Source: an uncultured Poribacteria bacterium
GTDB lineage: Bacteria; Poribacteria; WGA-4E; WGA-3G
Length of the DNA stretch: 64,000 bases
NCBI GenBank assembly: GCA_951813565.1
Contig: OX638351.1
Location: 512,001 to 576,000, forward strand
Direction: 5' to 3'
Part shown: in pieces, positions 29,222 through 39,741 of the stretch
How positions within the stretch are numbered: position 1 is the first letter of the stretch
How the letters are laid out: each line of letters opens with the position of its first letter
Notes under the pieces: generated by a model
What the model saw: only the letters and a program-made list of their open reading frames with translations
Told to the model about the DNA's origin: nothing
Database searches by the model: none
Translations under genes and position numbers: made by a program

Positions 29222-30142
29222 GTGATGATCCAGATAAAAAGCGTTGTTTTACTTTTCTTACTTCTGCCTATATTTTCTACAGCTGCCACATGGGAATCGT
29301 CAGAAAGCACACATTTCCGCGTTTACTACCGAGAAGACACGGCGGATCCAGCGTTAATTCTTCAAATTGCCGAAAAATTCTATGATGAGTTACCACGGAT
29401 AACACGACACATCCCAGATGCAACAATTAAAATCTGGGTTTGTGATACGCAAAAAGCGTTTCAAGCCTCAGTCCATGCACCGATTCAGGATTGGGCGGTT
29501 GGATGTGCGTTTCCGTTGAGTCGGCGCATCATTATCCAAAATCCAAGCCAGATAATGGCGGCAGAACTCCAGTTAGCACAAGTACTTCGTCACGAAATAG
29601 CACATGTCCTTTTTGGACAATATACGCGAAAAGCCGTCAAAGGAATTCCATTATGGTTTGTGGAAGGAATCGCAATCTATTTCTCAAAGGAGTGGGTGCC
29701 GGGGCGCCACGAAACTTTGCTCAAAAAAGTTTTCTCAAAATCTATCATGCCGCTTCACGAATTAACAGAAAAATTCCCAGTTTCATCAAAAGGCGCAGAT
29801 TTGGCTTATGCCCAAAGCCAGGACGCACTCCGTTGGTTCGTTGAAGTCAATGGTAGCGAAGCACTATGGGCAGTTATTGATAAACTGCATACTGGAATGA
29901 ATCTCAACGCTGCTTTTGGAGCAGTTCTTGGTTATAATCTTGATACCTTTGATAAACTTTGGCGAGAATCTTTGCCGCAACGTTATCCTTGGGCAGCCCT
30001 TTTGTCCAGTTCCTATGTTTTTTGGGGCGGTGTCGGGGGATTATTCCTTCTTACTTATCTCGTCTGCTGGAATCGTAGGCGAAAACAACTCAATAAACTT
30101 GCACAGCAAGAAGATATGGTAGATCCATTCTTCAGAGAGTAA
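29222..30142 (+). CDS. Peptidase MA-like zinc metalloprotease with C-terminal TM
   Basis: HEIAH...PLWFVEGIA...AY. Confidence 0.85.
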   Translation: MMIQIKSVVLLFLLLPIFSTAATWESSESTHFRVYYREDTADPALILQIAEKFYDELPRITRHIPDATIKIWVCDTQKAFQASVHAPIQDWAVGCAFPLSRRIIIQNPSQIMAAELQLAQVLRHEIAHVLFGQYTRKAVKGIPLWFVEGIAIYFSKEWVPGRHETLLKKVFSKSIMPLHELTEKFPVSSKGADLAYAQSQDALRWFVEVNGSEALWAVIDKLHTGMNLNAAFGAVLGYNLDTFDKLWRESLPQRYPWAALLSSSYVFWGGVGGLFLLTYLVCWNRRRKQLNKLAQQEDMVDPFFRE

Positions 30143-30146
30143 ACCA

Positions 30147-31124
30147 ATGAATAGTACCCTAATTCACACGCTGCTTTTGCTTGTCTGTTTTACTATGGCA
30201 GCAACTGCACAACCCAAACATGTTTCACAATATCCTAATCAACTTACACGTGACGGACACGTCATTGTTCTACCCGACCGCGGCGCCGTCTATATTGTTT
30301 CTGATCTACATGCACACTGGAACGATTTTAATCAATGGTTACAACAAACCCAACTTATTGAACGGATTAAAGCAGGTGATGATGTTTACGGCATAATGCT
30401 CGGAGATTCGATTGACTATAAACCCGATGAAGAACCTAAGCCTCCTTATGGCGATGTACAAATAGTTAACCGCGTCATTGAAATACAACGGCAGCTTGGG
30501 GATAAAGGTAAAAGATTAATCTATATTAGAGGCAATCATGAATTAGCTGCGGCAAATACTTACGCCATGATGAAAAGTCACGGAATGACTAATCAAAATC
30601 GTCCAGTATTTATTCGGAAATTGTACAACGGTATAAATGGAAGTTATTATAAACAGTTTAATTTTATTGAGCGCATGACCGACGAGCATTTTGAATTCCT
30701 CATCAATCTCCCAACAGTCGTCATCGGCAAAAACGGTTTTGTCGCCATTCACGCCGGACCAGCACGTTCTATTATCAGTTTAGAGGATCTCATAGACCCT
30801 GGTCCCAAAACGCTTGACGAGTTGTTGTGGGACAGACCAGATACCGTCCTTGGTGGTGGGTATACATTTAAACACACCGAAAAATTTCTCAAAGCACTCA
30901 GTGCGAATTTTCTTATTGTTGGACATACACCTATCGGTTATTTTCCACCAAAATATATCAAGGACGGAGTCGCCCGACTCGATGGAAAACAACTGATTTT
31001 TTCTACTGGTTACGGCGGACTCCGCGGCGGACAAACCTATATTGAAATTGACTTGGCAAAAACTTATACCTCTGTTGAGGAATTAAAATCAGGTGTCAAC
31101 ATCCATCCCCTCTATCCAAAATAA
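30147..31124 (+). CDS. Exported calcineurin-like metallophosphoesterase
   Basis: SDLHA, LGDSID, RGNHE, HAG, LLWDRP, VGHT. Confidence 0.88.
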   Translation: MNSTLIHTLLLLVCFTMAATAQPKHVSQYPNQLTRDGHVIVLPDRGAVYIVSDLHAHWNDFNQWLQQTQLIERIKAGDDVYGIMLGDSIDYKPDEEPKPPYGDVQIVNRVIEIQRQLGDKGKRLIYIRGNHELAAANTYAMMKSHGMTNQNRPVFIRKLYNGINGSYYKQFNFIERMTDEHFEFLINLPTVVIGKNGFVAIHAGPARSIISLEDLIDPGPKTLDELLWDRPDTVLGGGYTFKHTEKFLKALSANFLIVGHTPIGYFPPKYIKDGVARLDGKQLIFSTGYGGLRGGQTYIEIDLAKTYTSVEELKSGVNIHPLYPK

Positions 31125-31141
31125 TATAAGAGTGTCATAAT

Positions 31142-32044
31142 ATGCGAGCGTTGATTTACATTATGACCCCTGTCCTGATTTTGACTGTTTTTCTTGCATC
31201 GCGCTTTGTTACATGGGAAAAACTGAAAGGTGTAGACAACAAAGCACTAAAACATCTGACTGCTGGCACTCAATTTCTTAGAAAAGGGAAAAACTATCAA
31301 GCCATAACAGCACTTACACAGGCAATTGAGGTTGAGCCAAAATATGCTGAGGCTTATGTCAAACGTGGACTTGCTTATTATCAACTTGCACGTTACAAAG
31401 ACGCAATTGCTGATTATACCCAAACCCTATCTCTCAATCAGTATTCTGCCGATGCTTACGCAAGTCGCGGAGATGCCTATCGTGCTTTAGGTGATGTTCC
31501 GCGCACAATTACTGACTACACCGCCTCCCTTAAAAAAAGAAAGGATGCATGGGTAATATCAAAACGGGCGGAAGTTTATCTTGAAATCGGTAAAATCGAT
31601 GAGGCGATTAATGATTATTCTTATATTGTTAAACACCGTCCCTCTGCAATTGCTTTTTACAACCGCGGCAGAGCATACTACGAACAGTTTCTACTTTCAA
31701 ACAAGCAGAATGAAATATTAAAACTTGCCTTAGCGGATTTCGACAAATCTATCGAGATGCAACCGAGTTTTGCTATAGCGTATCTTAATCGAGGCGACAT
31801 TTATGCGTATTTGAAACAGCAAGAATCGAAAGAAACCGACTATTCACAGGCTATCAATCTACTAACCGATGCTATTCAAAACTGGCAAAATGAAGCACAT
31901 GAACTAATTCCGATATATCTTTGGCGCGCAGTCGCTTATAAAAAAGGTAACCACGTTGACAAAGTGATAAATGATATAGAAAAGGTTTATGAGTTTTTCG
32001 TCCAATTTTATTTGAAAAAAATAAGAATTTCTGATATACTATGA
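31142..32044 (+). CDS. TPR repeat protein with N-terminal anchor
   Basis: Repeated AY..RG.AY......AI.DY. Confidence 0.9.
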   Translation: MRALIYIMTPVLILTVFLASRFVTWEKLKGVDNKALKHLTAGTQFLRKGKNYQAITALTQAIEVEPKYAEAYVKRGLAYYQLARYKDAIADYTQTLSLNQYSADAYASRGDAYRALGDVPRTITDYTASLKKRKDAWVISKRAEVYLEIGKIDEAINDYSYIVKHRPSAIAFYNRGRAYYEQFLLSNKQNEILKLALADFDKSIEMQPSFAIAYLNRGDIYAYLKQQESKETDYSQAINLLTDAIQNWQNEAHELIPIYLWRAVAYKKGNHVDKVINDIEKVYEFFVQFYLKKIRISDIL

Positions 32045-32149
32045 ATATAGGTTGAAATACTCCTGAGTTCAATATAATCATATCATTACTACGGTCTCTC
32101 ATATATTTGTTTGGTACAAAAGCAAACGGTAACCAAGGAGGTATACGAA

Positions 32150-32641
32150 ATGTATCGAAACTTGATAAGCATAATAATTGGTTTGATTTTTATCATCGGT
32201 GGATTTTCAATTTGGGTTGTGGAAATTCAAGCGAATGAACAATCAACACCTAAAATTGAGCAACAGCAGGTCCAGACAAAAGAAAAGGAAAATACCTGCA
32301 ATTGTTCTGCAAAAACAGATGAAAAGGATGAAGCGGAAAAGCCTGAAACAGATACACAGGAGCAAGCACAAGTAAATGTCTACAAAGAATTTACCGCTGA
32401 AGGGTACCGTCAAGTGTTGACCAAGCAATTGGACGAAGATACTCAGGTGACAGTTCGCAACGAGCATACACCAGATGGCAAACAACACGGTTGGTCTGCA
32501 GGAGTGGAGTTTTCGTTAGATAATGATGGCAAGGCAGTTCGTATCCTAAAAAAGACGGTAGCCGTTGTAACCTATGTCCCGAAGAAAATTGGACAAGGTG
32601 CTGTCTTTGTTGGTAAGAGTATAAAAAAGTTGTTTCGGTGA
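32150..32641 (+). CDS. Hypothetical membrane-anchored/exported protein
   Basis: AAGGAGG RBS before ATG 32150; N-terminal TM. Confidence 0.7.
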   Translation: MYRNLISIIIGLIFIIGGFSIWVVEIQANEQSTPKIEQQQVQTKEKENTCNCSAKTDEKDEAEKPETDTQEQAQVNVYKEFTAEGYRQVLTKQLDEDTQVTVRNEHTPDGKQHGWSAGVEFSLDNDGKAVRILKKTVAVVTYVPKKIGQGAVFVGKSIKKLFR

Positions 32642-32685
32642 CGGCAAACGGTTTTGCTGCAAACTTTCTGCGTGAGCATACAATA

Positions 32686-32860
32686 AGTTATAGTAAGTTT
32701 TAGAATTAACGGGACATTTTGAGATGTGAATCAACGCCAAATGCCAAACGCGCATTTGGCGGGAGGGAACTCCGATTCCCGACTATCGGTGAGTTTCGTC
32801 GCGATTCGGGGATCGCTCCTACAGAAATGTGTATCTTTATTTTTTAAGTTCACTATAACT
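32686..32860. mobile_element. Degenerate MITE-like element with (AGT)TATAGT ends
   Basis: Imperfect IR agttatagtaagttttagaatta / agttatagtgaacttaaaaaata enclosing shared palindromic modules. Confidence 0.5.
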
Positions 32861-32904
32861 CACGTTAAAATTCAAATTTTTAACAGGAGGAGACAGGTAT
32901 TAAT

Positions 32905-33183
32905 ATGACTGGAGAAGCATTAGGTTTAGTGGAAACAAGAGGCTTGGTTGGCAGCATTGAGGCTGCAGATGCCATGGTAAAAGCCGCTAATGTTCGACTT
33001 GTTGGTTACCAACAAATCGGGGGCGGTTACGTTACTGTGATGGTGCGTGGAGATGTTGGTGCTGTGAAAGCCGCAACAGATGTTGGTGCAGAAGCTGCTG
33101 CACGTGTTGGTGAAGTCGTTTCAGTGCATGTGATTCCACGTCCACATGCTGAAGTTGAAACCATCCTGCCAAATGAATCATAA
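32905..33183 (+). CDS. BMC hexamer shell protein (PduA/EutM-like)
   Basis: [10 protein letters not shown]...[11 protein letters not shown]...GDVGAVKAA...HVIPRPH. Confidence 0.96.
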   Translation: MTGEALGLVETRGLVGSIEAADAMVKAANVRLVGYQQIGGGYVTVMVRGDVGAVKAATDVGAEAAARVGEVVSVHVIPRPHAEVETILPNES

Positions 33184-33234
33184 TTCATGAACAATCCTCT
33201 AATACGTTTGAATTCGAATAAATAACAAATTGCG

Positions 33235-33948
33235 ATGCATGACCAAACCTTAGTTGAGTTAATTACCCGCCGTGTGGTAAGTCGATTGTCCAATGATCAG
33301 CCTTGCAGCGGGTGCGCTTTGCGCAGCTGCGAAGCGGGGAACCGAGCTTGTGATGTTGCTACGGCGCAACAAAAAATTCCGGTTGGTGTTTCTGCACGAC
33401 ATGCACATGTAACCCAAGAAGACCTTGAAATTCTTTACGGCCCGGGACACCAGCTTACTGTCTACGCACCGCTTTATCAACCAGAAGCGTTTGCTGCGAA
33501 TGAAACAGTCACGGTTGTCGGAAAGCGGATGCGTGCCATTGAACATGTTCGTATTCTCGGACCTGTCAGGGATTATTCACAAGTAGAGGTAGCACAGACG
33601 GAGGCAATTCGCCTCGGTTTGAACCCGCCGATTCGGGATTCTGGCGATCTTGCTGGAGCTGAAGCGATAACCCTTGTCGGTCCCGCAGGAAGTGTTTATT
33701 TAGAAGAGGGCGCGATTTGTGCTACGCGACACATTCACATGACACCTGAGCAAGCGGAGGCTTTTGATATCACGGAAACAGACCTTTTAAAAATCCGCAT
33801 TCCGGGTGAACGTGCGCTAACGTTTGAAAACATTCGCCCAAAAATTCATGAATCTTATGTGCTTCAGATGCATCTGGATACGGATGATTCTAATGCCGCT
33901 GGTTTGAAAGGCGGCGAAGCTGTTGAATTACTACGCGACAAAACATGA
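33235..33948 (+). CDS. pduL: Phosphate propanoyltransferase with N-terminal encapsulation peptide
   Basis: VGVSARHAH, RILGPVR...QVEV, RDSGDL, ATRHIHM, MHLDTDD. Confidence 0.93.
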   Translation: MHDQTLVELITRRVVSRLSNDQPCSGCALRSCEAGNRACDVATAQQKIPVGVSARHAHVTQEDLEILYGPGHQLTVYAPLYQPEAFAANETVTVVGKRMRAIEHVRILGPVRDYSQVEVAQTEAIRLGLNPPIRDSGDLAGAEAITLVGPAGSVYLEEGAICATRHIHMTPEQAEAFDITETDLLKIRIPGERALTFENIRPKIHESYVLQMHLDTDDSNAAGLKGGEAVELLRDKT

Positions 33949-34703
33949 CGCCAGAACAGATTACCCAAATAGAAAAAATTGTTGAGAAAGTGCTTGAAGC
34001 ACACTTCCGTAGCACACAACAATCTGAAAAACAGCTGCTCGTAATATTGGGCGCTACGCAACTCCCATTAGAACAGGTAATCCAACAATTCCAAACGTGC
34101 ATGCAAGAAGGATGGAAAATTAGAATTATTCTATCCGATCTTGCAACTAAAACAGCAAACTTTGATCCCATATATTCGACGTTTGGTGAAGATAACGTAT
34201 TGTTGGAAAACAATTTAAGCGATATACCGTCTTTTGTGGAAAGTTCTTCACAGATTGTTCTACCCGCACTTTCCTATCCGATGGCGGGGAAACTCGCTTT
34301 GAAGTTAGTTGATACCCCTTGTACCTATTTGGTTTTCCATGCGCTTTGTTGCGGAAAACGCGTTATAGCTGCATCAGACGTTTCAACTACAAGGAAGTAT
34401 ACAGATAAAAAATCACTTACGCTTGACCAAATTGAACCTGCACATGTAAACGCGTTGACCGAATTTGGCGTTAAATGGGTAACAGTAGATCAAATTGCGG
34501 TAACAGTTCGTGAAGGCAATTCACCAAATCATGTAAGTATAGAAACTCCGGTGATCAGCGCGAATGTGATCGCGAATCTGGCATCTAATGTTCAGGAGTT
34601 AGTTTACACTAAACCATCTATTATAACACCTCTTGCGCGTGAATATGCACAAAAACGAGGTGTTAAGCTTACACCTAAGATTGTAAGTTTAGATGGAGTT
34701 TAG
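33945..34703 (+). CDS. BMC-associated flavoprotein-like protein
   Basis: N-terminal amphipathic helix (EQITQIEKIVEKVL); KLAL...DT; C-terminal IITPLARE.A..RGV. Confidence 0.65.
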   Translation: MTPEQITQIEKIVEKVLEAHFRSTQQSEKQLLVILGATQLPLEQVIQQFQTCMQEGWKIRIILSDLATKTANFDPIYSTFGEDNVLLENNLSDIPSFVESSSQIVLPALSYPMAGKLALKLVDTPCTYLVFHALCCGKRVIAASDVSTTRKYTDKKSLTLDQIEPAHVNALTEFGVKWVTVDQIAVTVREGNSPNHVSIETPVISANVIANLASNVQELVYTKPSIITPLAREYAQKRGVKLTPKIVSLDGV

Positions 34704-34778
34704 CGAACCCAACAAATGCCGGACGCGCAGGTCGTGTTGATGCTTTCACACCTAATCTGAACCCACATAAAATTATAC

Positions 34779-34807
34779 TTGACAATTGTGGTAAGAAATT
34801 GTATAAT
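34779..34807 (+). promoter_or_regulatory. Consensus sigma70 promoter
   Basis: TTGACA-17-TATAAT. Confidence 0.75.
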
Positions 34808-35060
34808 TTTCTACATATAGGTTTATCAAATTTATTGTAAAGCATAAAATAAGTAGTTCGCGTTTGCAAACGCGCAGCGTGTACCATTCAATTGTAAATA
34901 TTCTATAAACTCATTTTATGTTGAAAGCAGAGAGAACGCAGATAGAGACTACATTTTACAGAATTAATCGAGATACGAATAGAAAGAAGAATATTATACT
35001 TAATTTACACCAACGGCTAACCCTGCTGGTTTAATATCATTAATTAGGAGGATTCTCATC

Positions 35061-36632
35061 ATGAAACGGATTTTCACTTTGACAATCGCAGGCCTCCTCA
35101 GCTGCTTGCTAATCGGGACGTTGGCGACAGTGAGTTACGCCGATTACGGTTATTATGCGGACCGGCTGAGTCGTGAGCATCGGGTCGCGAATGATGTAGA
35201 TGAATGGATAGAACGCGGCAACGCTACAATTACTGCAAGTCCTATTTTTGAAGATGGCATGCGGCTTACCGCTTGGGCAAATTCCCATCAAGATGCTGAC
35301 AACTATGAATTTGCAATCGCAAGCGGTGTATATCTGTTTGAGATCCCACGGAGCGCGCAATCTATTGAAATCGTAGTTCGTTATAAAGGAGAACCAAATA
35401 GGTTTGAGATAAACGACCATTATGAACCGATTGCGGGTCGTGTTTGGATTCGTAATATCAAACGAGAGGCAACAAGACGCGGCTATCATGACCAAAACGC
35501 CGCGGAAACACGGTACGGAGATACTTTTGTACTTCGCGCAAAAAATCGCTCTGAAACAATCAAAATTCCTGTCGCTGGACACGTTGATGACGGGTGGATG
35601 GAACTTCATGTCGTTGCTGAAGGTGGCGAACAACTTGATGTTGAATATATTGAAGTTTCAACCTATCGCCGAGCACCAAAAGTTCGTGTAGTCCAGCACT
35701 ATACACCTTCCTACCGCTGGCGCCCTTGGAACCGATACACCTATCTCTACTTTTACGACGGTCCCATTTATTACACTTCTGGATACAATTCCTATCTGTG
35801 TTGGAGTTATCCGGTCTACGACCATCGTTACCTTTCAATTCGCACCTATTATGGTGGTTACCTTGGTCGTTACCGCACCTATCATCCAGCACGTTATTCA
35901 TATTACCACTCACCTTACTATGGTGGTTACGGTAGAACTACACCAGTATACCAGAAGCGAACACAGTTAAATAGGTGGAGTGCGCAGCACGAAACAGCGC
36001 GCAAAAATTATTCCCGGAGCCGATTAGCAATACCTTCTCGGACTTCAGAACGGACGCAAATCCAGAATAATGTCCGTGTTGTCATTGAAAACCACCGTAG
36101 GCAAGCACCTCCACCGACTGAACGTGTTGCCCGATCTGCGATAATTTCTCAGAAGCAAAGAATCGCTACAAGATCGAGCACCCGACAAAACGGAGCGGTC
36201 CGGACTTATAGTAGCCGTTCTCGCACTTCAACCCAGCCAACGGACAGTCAGCGGAGACGATTGTTTAATTCACGCTCAAATGTGAATACTGATAGGAGCA
36301 GTGCTTCATCAGTTACAAATAGGTCTTCTCAACTTTATCGGAGATCCGTATCTTCTTCAAGTCGGACGAGTACTTCGTCCAGTTCGCGTTTAAGCAGTAG
36401 TAGCAGTGAACGAACAAAACAGCGCAGTTCGTCTGTTACAACATCAAGATCCACACCGACGCGAACCCAATCACAAACGGTCAGTCGGACATCATCGTCC
36501 AGTTCTCGAACTCGTCCAACAACGACAAGCCGTACTTCAACTCGTTCAAGTTCCAGCTCAAGTAATGATGACGATGATGATAAAACCGAAAATCGGAGTC
36601 GGACAACTTCACGGACAAAACGAAGAAGATAA
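35061..36632 (+). CDS. Exported hypothetical protein with Tyr-rich middle and Ser/Arg/Thr-rich tail
   Basis: Signal peptide; AGGAGG RBS; compositionally biased segments. Confidence 0.8.
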   Translation: MKRIFTLTIAGLLSCLLIGTLATVSYADYGYYADRLSREHRVANDVDEWIERGNATITASPIFEDGMRLTAWANSHQDADNYEFAIASGVYLFEIPRSAQSIEIVVRYKGEPNRFEINDHYEPIAGRVWIRNIKREATRRGYHDQNAAETRYGDTFVLRAKNRSETIKIPVAGHVDDGWMELHVVAEGGEQLDVEYIEVSTYRRAPKVRVVQHYTPSYRWRPWNRYTYLYFYDGPIYYTSGYNSYLCWSYPVYDHRYLSIRTYYGGYLGRYRTYHPARYSYYHSPYYGGYGRTTPVYQKRTQLNRWSAQHETARKNYSRSRLAIPSRTSERTQIQNNVRVVIENHRRQAPPPTERVARSAIISQKQRIATRSSTRQNGAVRTYSSRSRTSTQPTDSQRRRLFNSRSNVNTDRSSASSVTNRSSQLYRRSVSSSSRTSTSSSSRLSSSSSERTKQRSSSVTTSRSTPTRTQSQTVSRTSSSSSRTRPTTTSRTSTRSSSSSSNDDDDDKTENRSRTTSRTKRRR

Positions 36633-36809
36633 AACAACAGAGTTAGCATTATTTAGAGTATTTGACATTGAGGATGCCACGCGCAATAATTGCACGAGGC
36701 ATCCTCAACAATAATTATAGACATCATCATCTACATCAAAATTTGGTGCTAACATCTTGGCAAACTTAGATTTCGCGCGTTATTTTTTCGCGTAGGTTTT
36801 GAGATAAAC

Positions 36810-37370
36810 ATGTTGAAAGTAATACCTTTTTTATTAACTCTTTTGATTATGTTATTGAGCGTCCAATTTTGTTATGCCGAAGAAGTTGACAACAAAATCG
36901 TTCCTACGGAATCTGAACAATCTATAAGACTAATTTCACCCATTGGAACTATGGTGCGTTCAACTGTCTTTCCTGGATGGGGACAATTTCATAGTCGTAA
37001 CTACTTTCGAGGTAGCCTTGTTCTACTCGGTATTGGCAGTTCAGTTGTCGGCACTTTTCTGGCGCATCAATCCTTCGCGACAGAATATGACAACTACATA
37101 ATCACTGCCGGCTATGACCCGGATGATCCTGCAGTGCTGGTAAGTTACGACAAAGCAAATCAGAGATACAAACTCAAAATGTTCTTTATCTATACAGGAA
37201 TTGGGGTTTGGGCTTATAGCATTATTGATTCCTATGTCAGTGCAAACTTTTACAACGCTAATTCGCAAATTCGTTCAATTCAAGAAGACGCACAACACAT
37301 CGAAAAATTGGGACTCCAAGTTGGAATCACCCCATCACGGCTCTATTTAGGGGTCGTCAAAACATTTTAA
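36810..37370 (+). CDS. DUF5683-like membrane protein
   Basis: RS.VFPGWGQF...W.YSIIDSYVSA. Confidence 0.7.
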   Translation: MLKVIPFLLTLLIMLLSVQFCYAEEVDNKIVPTESEQSIRLISPIGTMVRSTVFPGWGQFHSRNYFRGSLVLLGIGSSVVGTFLAHQSFATEYDNYIITAGYDPDDPAVLVSYDKANQRYKLKMFFIYTGIGVWAYSIIDSYVSANFYNANSQIRSIQEDAQHIEKLGLQVGITPSRLYLGVVKTF

Positions 37371-37388
37371 TTTGGAGATGAAAATATT

Positions 37389-37949
37389 ATGTTAAGAGAA
37401 TTGGAAAAAATAAGCATCATACTCGTTTTAATTGTATGTTTTATTGGGTGTGGTGATGTTGATAAAGTGAATCAGGTGCCTCCCGAAGACTATTTAGCAA
37501 TTAATAGCGTTTTAAAACGGTGGCGGGAAGGTTATGAAACCGAAGATGTGGAGACCTATATGAGCGCCTATTGGTCTCAAGGTTTCCGATACGTGTCGGA
37601 CATGGGAACAGATGGTGATAAAACTGACGACCTCATATTTGATGATATCCGAGACGAACGGGATTCTGCTATCCGTGTCTTTGGTCGATTTCAGGATATT
37701 GAGATTGAACTCTCTGTTCCACCAGAAATAGCCGTGGATGAAGACGGGAATCAAGCTGAAGTTCGAAATCACTACCGAATCCAAGGTTTCGTTGCCGATG
37801 GCGAATCACTTGAAGGCGGATTCACCGGATGGTTCGCGGAAGGTGACAATATATTCATTTTTGAAAAAAGAGATGGTGAATGGCGTATTACCGAATGGCA
37901 CGATGAAGCTTTCAGCGATGAAGAAATTCGTATCGCGAATAACCTATAA
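37389..37949 (+). CDS. NTF2/SnoaL-like fold lipoprotein
   Basis: Lipobox FIGC; W..GYE.EDVETYMSAY; FEKRDGEWRITEW. Confidence 0.7.
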   Translation: MLRELEKISIILVLIVCFIGCGDVDKVNQVPPEDYLAINSVLKRWREGYETEDVETYMSAYWSQGFRYVSDMGTDGDKTDDLIFDDIRDERDSAIRVFGRFQDIEIELSVPPEIAVDEDGNQAEVRNHYRIQGFVADGESLEGGFTGWFAEGDNIFIFEKRDGEWRITEWHDEAFSDEEIRIANNL

Positions 37950-38005
37950 ATCCACACAATGGTTAAATGTAAAGGAGAACAATTTTCGCCCGGTATACGG
38001 AGAAA

Positions 38006-39421
38006 ATGACACTCATGCCTCAAAAAGAGGAACCATTGCATGACTATCTGCAATTCATACGGAAGTACAGTTTTGTTATCTGCCTGAGCACTTTATTGGT
38101 TTTAGGGACCGCGCTTGTTATCTCACTGCGTATACCTAAAACCTATTCTGCTTATACCTTAATGCGACTTATTCAACCTAACACTGCCTCTCCTCTTTCC
38201 TCCAACAATTTGTTCCAATCAGTCTTTTCAGGAGGAGTTGATCGCAGAGAGATGGCAACAATTAGTCAAAGGTTTTCTACAGAGTCCATGCTAAATGCTG
38301 CGATTGAGAACATGGAAGAGAATGAACTCGGAGAGGTGCAGCATCTTCCCAGTATAGGAAATCTCAAACGGAAGTTGAAGGCACAAATTCATCCGGATGC
38401 TGACTATATTGAATTGTCAATTGAATTAACCGAAACTGAAGGAGGCGAGCGTAACGCGGCACTTGTGGTTAATCAACTGGCACGAGACATGCAAACATTA
38501 CGGAGTGAAAATGAAAAAACAAGGTGGGCAACACATCAAAGACTCCTGAAACAAAAACGAGAAGATGTTGACAAGGAAATCCTAAAACTCACGGACGAAA
38601 TCTTGGAATTTGTTCGCGAAAACGGAAGTCCGGAGACATGGTATCCGCAATTAACAAGTTTATTGGAGCAAAACCGAAACTTACAAGAACGACTTGGAAT
38701 CTCTGAACAGGCACTACACGCTGCCCGTAGGCGTCTCACCCATCTCCAAACTCAGCAAAAAAACCTTCCGAAACAGTCGCAAATTTCTGAAACACAAAAT
38801 CACAATCCAATCTGGATTTTTCTGCAAGAAAAATTAGTTAACTTGGAATCCCAGCGCACTGGCGATGCTGAAAAAGCAGGAAAAAGTTCACACGAACTTA
38901 GTGGACTTAATGCACAAATTGATGAAATCCAGAAACAATCTGATTCAATACCGCAAATGGCTACTGCTATTACTTATGGCACCTCTCCACACTATACCTA
39001 TATACAGAATGAATTAATTGAGCTGCCCCCAACCGTTGAAAGTTATGAAAACGAAACAGAACAACTCAAAAAAGAAAAGCAAAAAGCCTATAGCCAATTG
39101 CGAGAACTACTAAGGCAAATACCGGAGAATCAACATACCTTTACACAGTTGCGTGCCAAAATAGAACTTGCCGGCACCCTCAAAGAAGAGATTGAGAAAC
39201 GTTATCTTGAATCTGAGATCATCAGTGCTGAGTCTAACGTTACCGCCTCACAGAAGGGCGGTATTGAAATCGTTGACGTTGCGGTTCCAAGGAAAGTTCC
39301 GGTCAGTCCACAATTCAAATTGATTGTTATTCTTGCAGGCGTTGTCGGATTATGCTTAGGTGTAACGCTTGCTTTATTAATCGAGTATTTCAAAAGTTTT
39401 CCGAATAGTTTACAAAACTGA
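38006..39421 (+). CDS. Wzz/GumC-like polysaccharide co-polymerase domain protein
   Basis: Two TMs flanking a coiled coil; IVDVAVP..PVSP...GLCLG. Confidence 0.8.
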   Translation: MTLMPQKEEPLHDYLQFIRKYSFVICLSTLLVLGTALVISLRIPKTYSAYTLMRLIQPNTASPLSSNNLFQSVFSGGVDRREMATISQRFSTESMLNAAIENMEENELGEVQHLPSIGNLKRKLKAQIHPDADYIELSIELTETEGGERNAALVVNQLARDMQTLRSENEKTRWATHQRLLKQKREDVDKEILKLTDEILEFVRENGSPETWYPQLTSLLEQNRNLQERLGISEQALHAARRRLTHLQTQQKNLPKQSQISETQNHNPIWIFLQEKLVNLESQRTGDAEKAGKSSHELSGLNAQIDEIQKQSDSIPQMATAITYGTSPHYTYIQNELIELPPTVESYENETEQLKKEKQKAYSQLRELLRQIPENQHTFTQLRAKIELAGTLKEEIEKRYLESEIISAESNVTASQKGGIEIVDVAVPRKVPVSPQFKLIVILAGVVGLCLGVTLALLIEYFKSFPNSLQN

Positions 39422-39482
39422 ATCATTCCTTCCATTTCTGTTGTGTATGTTTAATAGGGATTTCAGTTTTTTGTTTTAAATT

Positions 39483-39626
39483 GGGCGTGTAAATATTTTG
39501 TCAAATTGGCAAAAAGTGATGCGTTGGGTTTCGCTTACGCTCTACCCAACCTACGAACTGGACTAAATCGAACCTATAAAGTTCTTTTATAGGAGAGGAT
39601 TAGTGCTTAATAAACTTTACACACCC
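39483..39626. mobile_element. MITE of the GGGTGTGTAAA family, inverted relative to the 15325 copy
   Basis: Ends GGGCGTGTAAA / TTTACACACCC; 9-bp target duplication TTTTAAATT. Confidence 0.85.
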
Positions 39627-39700
39627 TTTTAAATTTTTGTTGTTGCAAAAAAATGACATTATTGGTATGATTTTGTGTGATTTTACACAGTATAACTTTC

Positions 39701-39741
39701 TTTTGTCAAAACTTGACAAAAAATCATATCTATGTTATTAT
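39701..39741 (+). promoter_or_regulatory. Sigma70 promoter with a palindrome overlapping the -35
   Basis: TTGACA (39713-18)-17-TATTAT with TGn; TTTTGTCAA-aac-TTGACAAAA. Confidence 0.65.

Noticed and set aside
38006..39421. Wzz/GumC gene as a capsule locus
   Set aside because: No glycosyltransferase, flippase or Wza adjacent
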